Assembly (NCBI GenBank): GCA_963662405.2
Contig: CAXXKT010000001.1
Coordinates: forward strand, 1 to 64,000
Origin: Syntrophales bacterium
GTDB taxonomy: Bacteria > Desulfobacterota > Syntrophia > Syntrophales > UBA2210
Direction of reading: 5' to 3'
DNA length: 64,000 bases
Part shown: positions 10,267-20,785 of the stretch, piece after piece
How positions within the stretch are numbered: position 1 is the first letter of the stretch
Layout of the letters: the number at the start of each line of letters is the position of its first letter
Translations under genes and position numbers: made by a program
The notes under the pieces: generated by a model
Told to the model about the DNA's origin: nothing
The model's input: the letters and a program-made list of their open reading frames with translations, nothing else
The model's database searches: none

Positions 10267-11409
10267 ATGGATTCAATCTACCTCGACTATAACGCCACCA
10301 CCCCCATCGAGCCCGAGGCGGCGGCCGCCATGCGGCCCTGCCTTGACGACCTCTTCGGCAATCCTTCAAGTTCCCATATGGTTGGGTTCCAGGCGAAAAA
10401 GGCCGTCGACGAGGCCCGAAGTCGCGTTGCGGCTCTCATCGGCGCGAAGCCGGGGGAGATCATCTTCACGAGCGGGGGAACGGAATCGAACAACCACGCC
10501 CTGAAGGGAATCGCATCCGCGTACCGTCCCCGGGGGCGACACATCATCACATCGGCCATCGAGCATCCCGCCGTCACGGAGGTCTGTCTCTATCTGGAAA
10601 AGCAGGGATTCTCCGTTACCTATCTCCCCGTGAACGAAGAAGGCCTCGTCAGTGTGGCCGCCGTCGAGAAGGCGATCACCACCGGGACGATCCTGATCAG
10701 CATCATGCACGCCAACAACGAGGTGGGGACGATCCAGCCGATCGCCGATATCGCGGCCATCGCCGCGAGGCGGGCCATCATCCTCCATACCGACGCGGCC
10801 CAGACCACCGGCAAGATACCCGTCGACGTGGGTAAGCTCGGCGTCGATCTCCTCTCCATCGCGGGCCACAAGCTCTACGGACCCAAGGGGATCGGGGTGC
10901 TGTACATCCGCGAGGGAACGGTTATAGAAGAATTCATGCACGGCGCGGGACATGAACGGGGCCGCCGCGCGGGGACGGAAAACCTCCCCGGTATCGTCGG
11001 TCTCGGTGCCGCCTCGGAGGTCGCGCAGCGAGACCTTTCGGAAAACAGGGGCCACATGGGGGAAACCCGCGACCTTCTCTTCGACCTCCTCCGGGAAACG
11101 GTCCCCGATATCCGGCTGAACGGCCATCCCGAACAGCGTCTCCCCAACACGCTCAATATCGGGTTCAAGGGGATCGAGGCGACCGCTCTCGTCGGCGATC
11201 TGGCCGGCAAAGATATCGCTGTTTCGGCGGGGGCGGCCTGTCACGCCGGTGTCACAACCCTCTCTCCAACACTCGCGGCGATGCGGGTCCCCATGGAGTA
11301 CGCCCAGGGCACAATCCGGTTTTCCGTCGGCAAGGCAACAACCCGGGAAGAAATCGAGCGGGCGGCGGCCGCCGTCGCGGAAAGCGTCGCGAACCTGAGG
11401 CAGCCATGA
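10267..11409 (+). CDS. Cysteine desulfurase/selenocysteine lyase family (class V PLP enzyme)
   Basis: YLDYNATTP, TSGGTESNN, HKLYGPKG, SAGAACH. Confidence 0.9.
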   Translation: MDSIYLDYNATTPIEPEAAAAMRPCLDDLFGNPSSSHMVGFQAKKAVDEARSRVAALIGAKPGEIIFTSGGTESNNHALKGIASAYRPRGRHIITSAIEHPAVTEVCLYLEKQGFSVTYLPVNEEGLVSVAAVEKAITTGTILISIMHANNEVGTIQPIADIAAIAARRAIILHTDAAQTTGKIPVDVGKLGVDLLSIAGHKLYGPKGIGVLYIREGTVIEEFMHGAGHERGRRAGTENLPGIVGLGAASEVAQRDLSENRGHMGETRDLLFDLLRETVPDIRLNGHPEQRLPNTLNIGFKGIEATALVGDLAGKDIAVSAGAACHAGVTTLSPTLAAMRVPMEYAQGTIRFSVGKATTREEIERAAAAVAESVANLRQP

Positions 11410-11494
11410 AGGCAGCCATGAAGCCGGAAGGCACCGGTCGCACTCCCGGTGAACGGAAAACGCTGCCACGCACAGCGATGGCCGGATGCAGAGG

Positions 11495-12415
11495 TTATGA
11501 ATATTTTCCCACCCATTTCCTGATCTGATCGATGGTGGCCGTGGCCCCACCACAGACCACGACCAGAACCGTTTCGAATCCTTCAAGGACCGGCAGATTC
11601 TCATAGACAACGGCAAGGCTCGCACCGCAGGCCGGTTCGACCAGCATACGGTGATCGGCGAGGAACCGTTCGCAGGCGGCAAGGGCGCTTCGATCGGACA
11701 CCACGACGCCCTGAATAGGGTGTCTCTTGGCGGACTCCACGGCCCTCTCGCACACGCGCTTGGCACCCAGAGACGTCGCAACGCCGGTGATCCGTTCCAG
11801 CTCCACCGGATGCCCGGCCGCGAGGGCTTCGTGGAACGACGCGGTGCCCTCTGTTTCCACGGCGAAAACGGGGATATCGTCCCATCCGTTGCGGTGAAGC
11901 CCTTCCACCACACCCGAAAGCAGCCCGCCGCCGCCGACGGACAGCACAATCGCGTCGGGAACGAGACCGGAACGAACGACCTCATCGATCAGCGTGGCGT
12001 GCCCCTCCCAGAGGAGGGGATCGTCAAAGGGGTGCAGGAAGGCATCCGTTGCACCGATCAGCGATTGGGCATAATCGTTGGCCTCCTGCCATGACACCCC
12101 CCGCACGATCACGTCGGCTTCTTCCCGGTGCAGGAGTTCTTGTGCCCTGTCCGTGGTTGTCTCCGGGACGACGACGGTGACCGGCACTCCGAGGGTCCGG
12201 CCGGCATACGCGACGGCCAGACCGGCATTGCCGCCGGATGACGAGATAAACCGCCGGGCTCCTCGCGCCATGCAGGTTTCACACGCATGGGCGATGCCCC
12301 TGATCTTGAAGGAACCGGACGGTTGCAGCGCTTCGAGCTTGAGCCAGACCGATCGCCCCGCGATCAGGCTCAGCGATCGGGATGCAACAAGGGGTGTTTC
12401 AATGTAGAGTGTCAT
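11495..12415 (-). CDS. PLP-dependent serine/threonine dehydratase-like enzyme
   Basis: QPSGSFKIRG, SSGGNAG, SVGGGGL, VEPACGA. Confidence 0.88.
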   Translation of the reverse strand: MTLYIETPLVASRSLSLIAGRSVWLKLEALQPSGSFKIRGIAHACETCMARGARRFISSSGGNAGLAVAYAGRTLGVPVTVVVPETTTDRAQELLHREEADVIVRGVSWQEANDYAQSLIGATDAFLHPFDDPLLWEGHATLIDEVVRSGLVPDAIVLSVGGGGLLSGVVEGLHRNGWDDIPVFAVETEGTASFHEALAAGHPVELERITGVATSLGAKRVCERAVESAKRHPIQGVVVSDRSALAACERFLADHRMLVEPACGASLAVVYENLPVLEGFETVLVVVCGGATATIDQIRKWVGKYS

Positions 12416-12453
12416 CGTACCTCATACCATAAGAACGGGATTCGCGGTCAGTG

Positions 12454-13140
12454 TCAATTTTCCGGTCCCGGCATACGTGCCCGGAAATACAACAGGGTGC
12501 CATTTTCGGCGGGAATGGCCTCATAACTCAGGCCATGTCCTTCACATATGCCGCGCAGTTCATCCTCCGAATATAATGTGCCCCTGATTCTACCTCGTAC
12601 CGTGTTTCGCTTCGGCACGGGAACGCTGCAGAAAAGCAGAGCGCCGGGGGCTGCCACTCGTTTCAATTCTCGAAAAACCTTCTGAATATCGTTGAAGAAA
12701 TTGAGCGAGAGGATGCACAGCACAACATCAAAGCAGTTATCATCGAAGGGAAGGCCATCCGCACCCGTCACATAGAACTCCGCATTGGTGAATCCGGCAT
12801 CCCTGAACCTCTCGACCGCCTTCCTCAGGAGACCCGGGCTGATATCGGTGCCGGTATATCGGTTATCATTGCGCAGGAAATTGACGGCGCTGCCGCTGCC
12901 GGTTGCCAGTTCGAGGACACGCTTTCCACGGACGCCCCGCAGCTCTTTGCCGAGTATTGCATAATGCCGGTCCATATCCCCGCCGAATTTTCTGGGGAAG
13001 ATGGATTTTTCCATGATGAAATCATACAGAAACGAAGCGGCGTCTCCCAGCCAGGGCTTAAACTTCAAGAGGGCACCGTCATTCCCAACGACATGGTGCA
13101 CCCCCTTCTTTTTCACGACCTGTATTTCATTTTTGATCAT
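12454..13140 (-). CDS. Class I SAM-dependent methyltransferase
   Basis: VLELATGSG, GTDISPGLL, LPFDDNCFD; start uncertain (13140 or 13155). Confidence 0.8.
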   Translation of the reverse strand: MIKNEIQVVKKKGVHHVVGNDGALLKFKPWLGDAASFLYDFIMEKSIFPRKFGGDMDRHYAILGKELRGVRGKRVLELATGSGSAVNFLRNDNRYTGTDISPGLLRKAVERFRDAGFTNAEFYVTGADGLPFDDNCFDVVLCILSLNFFNDIQKVFRELKRVAAPGALLFCSVPVPKRNTVRGRIRGTLYSEDELRGICEGHGLSYEAIPAENGTLLYFRARMPGPEN

Positions 13141-13335
13141 TCCATACCCCTGCATGCAAGACCCGCCCCCTGTTTTGCACCCGGGCCATCCACTCCGGAT
13201 GTAAAAAGGACTCTTCAATCAGTATCCGCCGTTCGCTCGCGGGGATGAGTTTCTTCCGCACCATGATGACATCATGCAGATCCAGGTCATACCCGGTGAT
13301 GAGGGAGAGATGATGGAAAAAAGAGGGAGCTGGCT

Positions 13336-13977
13336 CTATTGCGGGGAATGGGCCTTTTCCATGCTCTCTATAATAATCTCCGCGGCAATCCGTGCGCCTA
13401 CCCCGGGGGCTGCGGGGCACTTCTCGCGGGCGCCGGATGTATTAAACGCAGCCATCTCTTCAGGACCGGAAAAGGGATCATAGGGCCTGCCCAACAAGCG
13501 TTCCTGAATCTCCGGACATAAAAGGCTGCCCATCTCCTTCTCAAAACGTTTTATAAATTTCCGCGCGGCGATATAATGCGAGGCATTTTCATAATCGCCC
13601 AGATCTTCATCCGAGAAATAGAGCCCGAGGGCCGTCAGTCCGCCGGACACCGGTCCGCAGATCCCCCCTGTCATGGCAATACCGGGGAATGAGGTCAGTC
13701 CCCTGATATTTTCCATGTTACCCAGACCAAATTCCTCCAGGAGGGCCAGACACGACCCCTTGGCGCAACTGCGTGTCAGATAGCAGTATTCCTCACCCCT
13801 CTGTTGGACCCGATTCAGTATCTCTTCTTTTTGTTGTATTATCTCGTCGCTCTGCAACTCCTTTTTCGGAACACCCTTTTCAACGAGATCCCTGAACCGC
13901 CTCTCAAGAGCCGCCACATCCCAATCCCGATCAACCAACGCCGCAACCTTCTCCTGTAATTGTTGCATGTTTTCCAT
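13336..13977 (-). CDS. C-GCAxxG-C-C family redox-active protein
   Basis: SCAKG...GGICGPVSG...LLCPEI...KC pattern. Confidence 0.75.
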   Translation of the reverse strand: MENMQQLQEKVAALVDRDWDVAALERRFRDLVEKGVPKKELQSDEIIQQKEEILNRVQQRGEEYCYLTRSCAKGSCLALLEEFGLGNMENIRGLTSFPGIAMTGGICGPVSGGLTALGLYFSDEDLGDYENASHYIAARKFIKRFEKEMGSLLCPEIQERLLGRPYDPFSGPEEMAAFNTSGAREKCPAAPGVGARIAAEIIIESMEKAHSPQ

Positions 13978-14050
13978 AGGTGACAGTCTCCATTCCGATT
14001 GTTGTGTGAGGGGGTCCCCGTTGTGAAAAAGGGGGTATCCCTGTTGACCA

Positions 14051-14242
14051 CTATTCGTATTTCTTAAAACCATACATTGCAACCAATGTTGCCCGTTCAC
14101 CATCGGGGAGAGATGTCATATAGCCCCTCCATCCCGGGCACCAGCCGATGTGCCATCTCCATACCCTGCCCCAGAATGACTGGGGATTATTATCATATTT
14201 CGCCCTGAAACGACATTTTTCACACCTGTATCGGGCCATCAT
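14051..14242 (-). CDS. Small hypothetical protein (CxxC...WCPGW)
   Basis: 63-aa ORF with SD (AAGGAAG), co-oriented with neighbours. Confidence 0.6.
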   Translation of the reverse strand: MMARYRCEKCRFRAKYDNNPQSFWGRVWRWHIGWCPGWRGYMTSLPDGERATLVAMYGFKKYE

Positions 14243-14333
14243 GAATCTTCCTTTTCATAGATACTTGCATTTATTAAATAAAATCGATGGCGCCTCCCCT
14301 TGTTTCAAATACGGAAAGCCGCTCTATCACTCC

Positions 14334-14999
14334 TCAGACGAAACAGCCGGCGGCCAGGGCGATGAGGAGTTGACCGCCGTAATAGGATGCCAGGCTGAAG
14401 CGATTGTATTTCCATGGCCTCCAGAAACGGTTCGCCGCCAGGATCATGTCCGAGATATAGAACAGCAGTGATCCCATCAGAATCATCACAGCCTGGCTTC
14501 CCCCAAATACGGGGCTCGCCACCGTCGCCCCGGCCCTGTTGACCATCACCGAGATCACCACGATGTACACGATCACCGGCCCCTGCATCGTTCCCAGATT
14601 GGGACGGATCAGGAGGTAGAAACCCACGCCAAGCCCCAGCAGCAGGCCCGCCGAAAGGAGATCCCGGGCCAAACACACCCCCAGCAGCGTGAAGACAACC
14701 GTATAGGCAATGTGGGCCAGCAGGAACAACCCCAGGCCGATTGTGAAGGCCCGGCGGTTGTCCGGAAGCATCAGAGCGATATCCCCGCCCAGCGACAGAA
14801 GCAATCCGACAGTCACGCCGACCGTGTACGTGAGGTTTCCGCCGGGTTCCAGGAGCGACAACAGCGCGACAGCGATCACCAGCACGGTGGAGAGCGGCTT
14901 GAAGATGTAAACCTGCCGTTGTTTTTCAAGGATCTCCGCCCGGATCAAAAGGGCAACGGTGACAACCAACACAGGGATTACAAAAAGCGATGGATTCAT
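14334..14999 (-). CDS. YhhN/lysoplasmalogenase family membrane protein
   Basis: FKPL, GGDIALM, FLLAHIAY, LFYISDMILA, YYGGQ. Confidence 0.85.
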   Translation of the reverse strand: MNPSLFVIPVLVVTVALLIRAEILEKQRQVYIFKPLSTVLVIAVALLSLLEPGGNLTYTVGVTVGLLLSLGGDIALMLPDNRRAFTIGLGLFLLAHIAYTVVFTLLGVCLARDLLSAGLLLGLGVGFYLLIRPNLGTMQGPVIVYIVVISVMVNRAGATVASPVFGGSQAVMILMGSLLFYISDMILAANRFWRPWKYNRFSLASYYGGQLLIALAAGCFV

Positions 15000-15099
15000 T
15001 GATTTTCCCCCCGTAGAAGAAAGAAAATGCCCTGTTGCCCGGTTCCCCCTAACCTCGTCGCTTGAGCTGATGACGTATCAGCTCTCAACCGGAGAAAGG

Positions 15100-15156
15100 G
15101 CCAAACGATGGCATCAGCAGCGACGGTTAGGAGTCGGCTGCATCCTGTCGCTATTA
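15100..15156 (-). other. Degenerate attC site
   Basis: 57 bp; minus strand GATGCAGC...GCTGATGC L boxes, R' GTTTGGC; R'' mutated (AGC instead of AAC). Confidence 0.45.
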
Positions 15157-15269
15157 CGTCGTGTCATGAGGGCTCACTTCCCGAATAAACATTCTTTTAG
15201 CCTTCTCACCGAACCTGATATCGTCGTCGAAAGAGAAGGGGGTCAACACTGTTTGTGATAACAGTCCCA

Positions 15270-15545
15270 CACGGAGCAGCGGATACGTTCCTTATTCGCC
15301 TCGAAGATCTTTTACCCAATGCCTTTAACCTTCATAATATCTTCAGGCACCTCCAACGGATGGCCCTGCCGGTACTCGAGATTTCTTTCCGCCAGGGCTT
15401 CACCGACGTATTTCAGGGTCATCAGTTCTTCCTTCGTCGCGGTGTTGATATTTATCTTTCCCTCTGTAGCGTTGACCATGGTGACCATAACGGCAAGAAA
15501 CAAAGAAAAAACGATTGAGAACAGTGTGTGCTTTTTCGGGTTCGT
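15270..15545 (-). pseudogene. ComEA-like helix-hairpin-helix protein pseudogene
   Basis: Signal peptide, KININTATKEELMTL, IMKVKGIG followed by in-frame TAA then KIFEANK; no ATG after the SD. Confidence 0.7.
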
Positions 15546-15882
15546 GGGTTCTCCCTTGCCAGGAGAATGCCTACATTTCCGCCTATGAAAAGTAAAATAT
15601 ACAACCGAAAACGAGTTAGCAAGGGAAAATCCCAACCCAAGTCAAAATAAATCTGGCCGCTTTTTCTTGGATTCCGGTTCAATGGGTCTTTCCGGCCTCT
15701 GAACGAACCAAAAGGTGAGGAGGTACCTCAGAGATGGGGAAAGCAACACGATAACTGTCGAATATAACAGGCCTTCCTGCACGGAGTGACAAGCTCAAAG
15801 TCATTCGTGATGAACTGGCCTCGGGCGAGTCCCGGTGGATATTATGCCTTCAGATAGATATTGCCTCCGAAAGCAGGATGGG

Positions 15883-16031
15883 AAAGGGGACAGATTTATG
15901 TTTTTTTTGGCCTGCCGGTTGTGCTCACGTTTGATGACCAATTGGCGGCAATTCTCCCAAACTATTTGTGCTCGCCTTGACGTAAAAACATATCATCGAC
16001 CCCACAGGGTTTCAAATTAGGTCCCCTTTTT
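15883..16031. repeat. MITE-like segment bounded by inverted GGGGAC motifs
   Basis: AAAGGGGACAGATTT (15883) ... AAATTAGGTCCCCTTT (16014). Confidence 0.5.
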
Positions 16032-16050
16032 CTCTTCCTTTCATCCGCTG

Positions 16051-17292
16051 CTATTTCAGTGTGTCAAACCATTGCTTTGCCAGGAACGTGCCGATAAAAA
16101 TTGAATCCACATGGCTAATACCCGGGCCCATGTCGATAAGCTGCAGATCAGCCGCTCCCAGGGAAATCATTTCATTATAAGCTATTTCCGACACGGCATA
16201 AGGCGCCTGTTCGTCATCCCGGGCGTGATAAAGCCGGGTGGGGGTGATGGGGCCAAAATTGCACGTCCTGTTCAGTTCCATCTCCTCGTAGATGCGATGA
16301 GTCCCCGAATTGACAGACACGAGAAATTCCTCCTGAAGAAGCCCCGGGAGGGTTTCGGGGAGCATCTCGTACATTTCGTCCCCGGTATAAGTGCCGTTGT
16401 CTATGTCCGTGATGGTGGTGTTATAGGGTGGAATAAAGATATCGTCCAGGGTGTCGTCGGACCCGTATATATTCATGTATGATAGAACCAGATGGGCCGC
16501 CAGGGGTGAACACGTTCGTGGACTGTTCTCATACCAGAAATCCCAGCACACCGTAATATCGTAGGGGCCTGCAATGGGGGCCGAGCCGGTAAGTTCGAAA
16601 GCCTGTTCGGAATCGGTGGTCTCCAGATATTGTTGCAGCGCCATTGTCGCATGGCCGCCTTCCGATAACCCGCAGATGAAGAGCTTACCGCTGGTGGTAA
16701 CACCCAGATCGCCGCATAATTCTTTCACGGCTTTCAGCATATCGGCCCCGCATTGGGCTACAGATTCTTTGTGAAAATAAGGATGATTCACTGCGGATAT
16801 TCCTTGGCCGATGTAATCGGGCAGGGAGATCACATAACCATGGGCGGCGAAAAGTGCGCTGCAGATCGCCGCCTCGTCGCTCCTCTCGAAGTTGGAGGGC
16901 ACGTCGGCATTATTGAACTGGGTGCCATGGTGATATTGAACGACGGGATAGACTCCATCGGCGGGGGACGGCAGGGAAACCAGGCCGGAAACCGCAATCA
17001 ACTGCCCGTCGATATCGGTGGTATAGTATTCGATGGCGTACACATCAACACCCGTTGACGAATTGAGCAGCTCTTCGACATCAATGCCCCAGGGCGCATA
17101 ATATCCTGCTACCACGAAGACTGCGTCATCTGCCGTAAAAAAAGCAACCAACTCCGCGCCAATCAGCTTTCCTGCATAGCCATTTGAATCACCGCCTCCA
17201 CCAGTATCCGACGAAGAACATCCCGTAAAGAAAGCCAGAAACAACCACATGAGAACAAGGACAACGTTGGAAACAAATTTGTTTTTTTTCAT
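16051..17292 (-). CDS. Lipoprotein, secretory lipase-like alpha/beta hydrolase
   Basis: Lipobox FTGC; YHHGT, PDYIGQG, GLSEGG nucleophile elbow, GPYD. Confidence 0.85.
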   Translation of the reverse strand: MKKNKFVSNVVLVLMWLFLAFFTGCSSSDTGGGGDSNGYAGKLIGAELVAFFTADDAVFVVAGYYAPWGIDVEELLNSSTGVDVYAIEYYTTDIDGQLIAVSGLVSLPSPADGVYPVVQYHHGTQFNNADVPSNFERSDEAAICSALFAAHGYVISLPDYIGQGISAVNHPYFHKESVAQCGADMLKAVKELCGDLGVTTSGKLFICGLSEGGHATMALQQYLETTDSEQAFELTGSAPIAGPYDITVCWDFWYENSPRTCSPLAAHLVLSYMNIYGSDDTLDDIFIPPYNTTITDIDNGTYTGDEMYEMLPETLPGLLQEEFLVSVNSGTHRIYEEMELNRTCNFGPITPTRLYHARDDEQAPYAVSEIAYNEMISLGAADLQLIDMGPGISHVDSIFIGTFLAKQWFDTLK

Positions 17293-17308
17293 TAACTGAC
17301 ACCTATGA

Positions 17309-17431
17309 TCATTGATAAATCGTTTTATCTTCTGTCACCTTTTTCTTAATAACCCGCTCGCAGCGTTCCTGTTCAGTCTTGCTGGGCGACTGGGCCCGGA
17401 AGGAGAAGGTGCTTTCCCAGTCTCTCGCCAA
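17309..17431 (-). pseudogene. N-terminal remnant of a nucleotidyltransferase (CD-NTase-like) cassette gene
   Basis: Directly after attC R': (M)ARDWESTFSFRAQSPSKTEQERCE, resembles CD-NTase N-termini from memory; stops after 40 codons. Confidence 0.45.
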
Positions 17432-17464
17432 TGTAACTATCCCTATCCATTACCATGCAACGAG

Positions 17465-17530
17465 TCATAACGTGCGGATAACTTGCCGGGCGCGTCGTTT
17501 TGCCCGGTCAAGTTTACCCGCACGTTCTGT
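17465..17530 (-). other. attC site
   Basis: ACAGAAC-GTGCG-GGTAAACT...AGTTATC-CGCAC-GTTATGA hairpin with extrahelical bases. Confidence 0.85.
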
Positions 17531-17534
17531 TCCA

Positions 17535-17650
17535 CTATTCATAGTGAGTATACATACGAATAATTTTAATGACTGTCTCGTCGTTTAAAGCCTGATAAAT
17601 CAAATGATGCTGAATATTTATTCGCCGTGAATATGCACCCGCCAAGTCAC
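17535..17650 (-). pseudogene. yoeB: YoeB/Txe toxin, C-terminal remnant
   Basis: GDLAGAYSRRINIQHHLIYQ...KIIRMYTHYE*; N-terminal half deleted. Confidence 0.8.
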
Positions 17651-17881
17651 CAATCAAGTTTCTCACTGCATTCCTCCAATGGTGTTACCAAGCCCTCACG
17701 GATGGACTCACGCATGCCAGGAATATTTAAAAGGTAAATGGTTTCTTGAATTGAACGCCAGTCATCCTCTGATACTAAAACGGCATTTCCCCGTAATTAG
17801 AATAGGTTCGTGGGAGACAGAAGTTTGGTCAATAAGGCGATACAGTTTAGTTCTTGCCTCCGTAGCTGATAGTGTCGGCAT
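17647..17881 (-). pseudogene. yefM: Phd/YefM antitoxin, frameshifted
   Basis: MPTLSATEARTKLYRLID...HEPILITGK, frameshift, AVLVSEDDWRSIQETIYLLNIPGMRESI...LDW*; own TTGACA promoter at 17927-17932. Confidence 0.8.
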
Positions 17882-17965
17882 AATTTCACCCTGCTTTTTG
17901 TGCAAAGAACGCTATTGCGTACGTTTTGTCAAGGTAATTTTACTGGTTGTCAGGAGCACGTAATC

Positions 17966-18500
17966 TGTCCGGTTTACAATAGCCACCCAGAGGAGGTGGT
18001 TATGAGACGGGCGGAGAGGCGATTAACACAGGGGGAAGCGGCGCGGATGTTGGGAGTGTGCGATCGAACATTTCGGCGTTACATCAATCGGTACGAAGAG
18101 AGGGGGGGGTAGACGGGTTATTGGATAAACGGCTAACGCAGGCATCATCACGTCGAGCCCCGGTGGATGAAGTTATAGCGCTTGCCCGGCAGTATGAAGG
18201 TCGTTACCGTGGCTGGAACGCTAAGCATTTTCATTCATGGTATCGGCGTGACGGAGGGGTCAGAAGCTACACTTGGGTCAAGAACACACTTCAATTGGGG
18301 GGGGGCTGGTTCCCAGGGCTACCAAGAAGGGCACACACCGAAGCCGTCGTGATCCTTCCCCCTTGCCGGGCATGATGTTGCACCAGGATGGCAGTACCCA
18401 CGAGTGGGTACCGGGAAGAAGTGGAATCTGATCGTGACAATGGATAACGCGACAGCAGAGCACTACCGTATGCGTTTTGTTCAGGAGCAGCGTGAGGCAC
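17966..18500 (+). mobile_element. ISNCY-like transposase remnant
   Basis: RRLTQGEAARMLGVCDRTFRRY, RSYTWVK, GMMLHQDGSTHEW across frameshifts; truncated. Confidence 0.7.
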
Positions 18501-18614
18501 TGCAAAGGGTAGCGTAACAGGGGAATATCGATACCCTCATGAATCGAAATTGCGAACATTACTTGACGTGACCCCCGGCAAGCCACCGAATAATTCCTGC
18601 TCATAATTTTCTAA

Positions 18615-19350
18615 GGGTCTTGACTAGAACAGCGGTTTATTTTTGAAGTTCTTTAACAACAATTTATAGATATCGGTGTTACGGTTGTTGAACCGGAACT
18701 CACATTCCTTGAGATGCAGGTAAAAGGTTGATTGTGGAATACCATGGAACTTCATCAGCCTCCGTTTTGCGAATGACCAGAAGGATTCAATGCCATTGAT
18801 GTGGCTTTTCCCCCTGGCAAATTCATTGGCTCCGTGATGAACACGGTAATGCTTTTTGTATCCCAAGTCAACCAAACCATCATAGCCTCTCCAACTATCT
18901 GAATGTATGACACTATTCGGTTCAACTTTGCCCCTGATAATGGCCTGGAGAGTCTTCCTGGCGCAATCGGGAACGATTTCGGTATAGACACTGCCTTTTC
19001 GTTGCAGGATACCGAATACAGGGGTTTTTCTCCCGGCCCCACGGCCTCGTTTCCCTTTGATACGTTTTGCACCGAAATATGATTCGTCAACCTCGATTTC
19101 ACCCTGAAATGGTGATTCTTCTTCGCACAGATCAGCTATACGTTGACGAATCAAAGACAGATATCGATTCACCGTATTTCTATTGAGTTTTGTTAAAAGA
19201 GCGATGGTTTGAGCATCCAAATCGAAGGCAAAATACTTCACGATCTCTCTAAATTTTGCCTCTGAAATTTTGGAATTTTTTACATACTTGTTACTTATTG
19301 ACATGACTAGACTCTTAACATATTTCCGTGTGCTGTTCTAGTCAAGACCC
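18615..19350 (-). mobile_element. IS1595 family (IS1016 group) element, 736 bp
   Basis: 19-bp TIR GGGTCTTGACTAGAACAGC; 8-bp TSD TTTTCTAA (18607-18614, 19351-19358). Confidence 0.92.
18624..19304 (-). CDS. IS1595 family transposase
   Basis: EVDESYFG, HSDSWRGY, HINGIESFWS, LKECEFRFN. Confidence 0.93.
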   Translation of the reverse strand: MSISNKYVKNSKISEAKFREIVKYFAFDLDAQTIALLTKLNRNTVNRYLSLIRQRIADLCEEESPFQGEIEVDESYFGAKRIKGKRGRGAGRKTPVFGILQRKGSVYTEIVPDCARKTLQAIIRGKVEPNSVIHSDSWRGYDGLVDLGYKKHYRVHHGANEFARGKSHINGIESFWSFAKRRLMKFHGIPQSTFYLHLKECEFRFNNRNTDIYKLLLKNFKNKPLF

Positions 19351-19402
19351 TTTTCTAATTCAAGGCGACTCGTTTGATTCCCTGCACAGAGTATTATTTT
19401 GC

Positions 19403-19459
19403 ACTTAACGACGAAATCAGCGGGGGGCGTAGCGAGTCTATTATATTGAAATGTTAAAT
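19403..19459 (-). other. attC site of the MFS cassette (left arm degenerate)
   Basis: R'' ATTTAAC contains the MFS stop and near-matches the cassette core GTTAAAC; R' GTTAAGT; 57 bp. Confidence 0.6.
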
Positions 19460-20638
19460 GCTTTTATTTCCTTTCCCCGCTTTTTGTGGCAATCCGAAAG
19501 CGAGTATCAGTGCTGATACAAGCGAGAGGCTTGCCCCGAAGGCGAAGGGAACCACAGAGCCGAATATATTCCAGAGAAATCCGGCTATGACACTTGCCGG
19601 AAGGAGAGCAATTCCCACAATCGTTGAATGAAGACCGAGCATGGTTCCTTTCAATTCTTTTGGTGCGATTTCTGAAACAAAGGCACGTTCGGCACCTGCC
19701 GTCATTGCGGTGAATATTCCGTATAACGCGAAAGCGACAACTATGATTGTCTTATTCGGAGCCCAGGCAAAGCCGGCATATACAAGCGCGAAAGTCAGGT
19801 AACCGGCAACGAGTAGACGTTTCCGCCCGATGCGGTCTGATCTTTTGCCGAACGGTACGGCAAACAGTGACGACACCATGTTATATACGAAGTAGAGAAG
19901 GACTATAGATGCAGGATCGAAACCCACGTTCCCGGCCTTGAGGAGCAGGAAGGCATTCGATGAGTTCCCGAGTGTAAATACGAAGACAACTACAAGATAA
20001 AGTTTTAAACGCTTATCAAGATTCTTTAGCTCGTTGAAAACATGAAGCGGTTCCCTGGCTTCACATGATTCCCCTGTTTCTTTGATAAAGATAAACATGA
20101 CAAGCGAAGCGATTGCCGGAATGCACGAAAGCAGGAATAGTTGTTTGTAGGCGTACTCCCCCTTCCATGTCATCATGATGAAGAAAGCTATCAGTATTCC
20201 GGCAGCAGAACCGGCCATATCAAGCGTTTTATGAATACCGAACGAATGGCCAAGTTTATCTGAATCACAGCTTTCGCTTACGAGTACGTCACGAGGCGCT
20301 GTCCGTACGCCTTTACCAAAACGGTCTATTACCCGCGCGGCAAGGATACCCTGCCAGGAACCGGCAATGACAAGAGCCAGCTTGTACACTAACCCGGCTG
20401 CGTAACCGAAAAATGCAATGGGCTTTTTCTTCCGGTACTTGTCTGTAATATAACCGCTGAATACCTTAAGGATACTCGCAAGGCTTTCCGCAATTCCTTC
20501 GATCACGCCGACAATGGCGGGTGTTGCACCGGACACCGCCGTCAGATACAGAGGAAGCAACGGATAAACCATCTCCGTACTTAAATCCGCAAAAAAACTA
20601 ACGAGCCCGAGTAAAATCACATTATGTTTCATTTTCAT
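19454..20638 (-). CDS. MFS transporter (cassette gene)
   Basis: About 12 TM segments, FSGYITDKYRKKK, DRFGKGVRTAPRD, SDRIGRK. Confidence 0.9.
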   Translation of the reverse strand: MKMKHNVILLGLVSFFADLSTEMVYPLLPLYLTAVSGATPAIVGVIEGIAESLASILKVFSGYITDKYRKKKPIAFFGYAAGLVYKLALVIAGSWQGILAARVIDRFGKGVRTAPRDVLVSESCDSDKLGHSFGIHKTLDMAGSAAGILIAFFIMMTWKGEYAYKQLFLLSCIPAIASLVMFIFIKETGESCEAREPLHVFNELKNLDKRLKLYLVVVFVFTLGNSSNAFLLLKAGNVGFDPASIVLLYFVYNMVSSLFAVPFGKRSDRIGRKRLLVAGYLTFALVYAGFAWAPNKTIIVVAFALYGIFTAMTAGAERAFVSEIAPKELKGTMLGLHSTIVGIALLPASVIAGFLWNIFGSVVPFAFGASLSLVSALILAFGLPQKAGKGNKSI

Positions 20639-20645
20639 TTGTCCT

Positions 20646-20703
20646 GTTTAACATGCGGCGCATGACCTGCCCCGAAGGGGACAAGTCCATCCGCTGGTTC
20701 GGG
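20646..20703 (-). other. attC site
   Basis: CCCGAAC...GCGGATGGACTTGTCCCC / GGGGCAGGTCATGCGC...GTTAAAC stem with two extrahelical bases. Confidence 0.7.
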
Positions 20704-20785
20704 AGGCGCTGCGCGCCGAGCGAACCAGCTCAGAGCAGCCGCCGCATGTTCAGTGGGTATTGAGCGGTCTTATCGCGGAGCGTCC

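Noticed and set aside
11399..11423. 12-bp tandem duplication GGCAGCCATGAA over the desulfurase stop codon
   Set aside because: Isolated slippage-type duplication with no associated element.
10366..11985. 539-aa minus-strand ORF, and similar long ORFs such as 51844-53187 (+) and 1917-2888 (-)
   Set aside because: Shadow frames overlapping well-supported GC-rich genes, with no recognisable motifs.
11495..15095. Further cassettes beyond 15.1 kb, including the hairpin at 15047-15090
   Set aside because: The hairpin has only one R-like box and ambiguous orientation; no attC found between the downstream genes.
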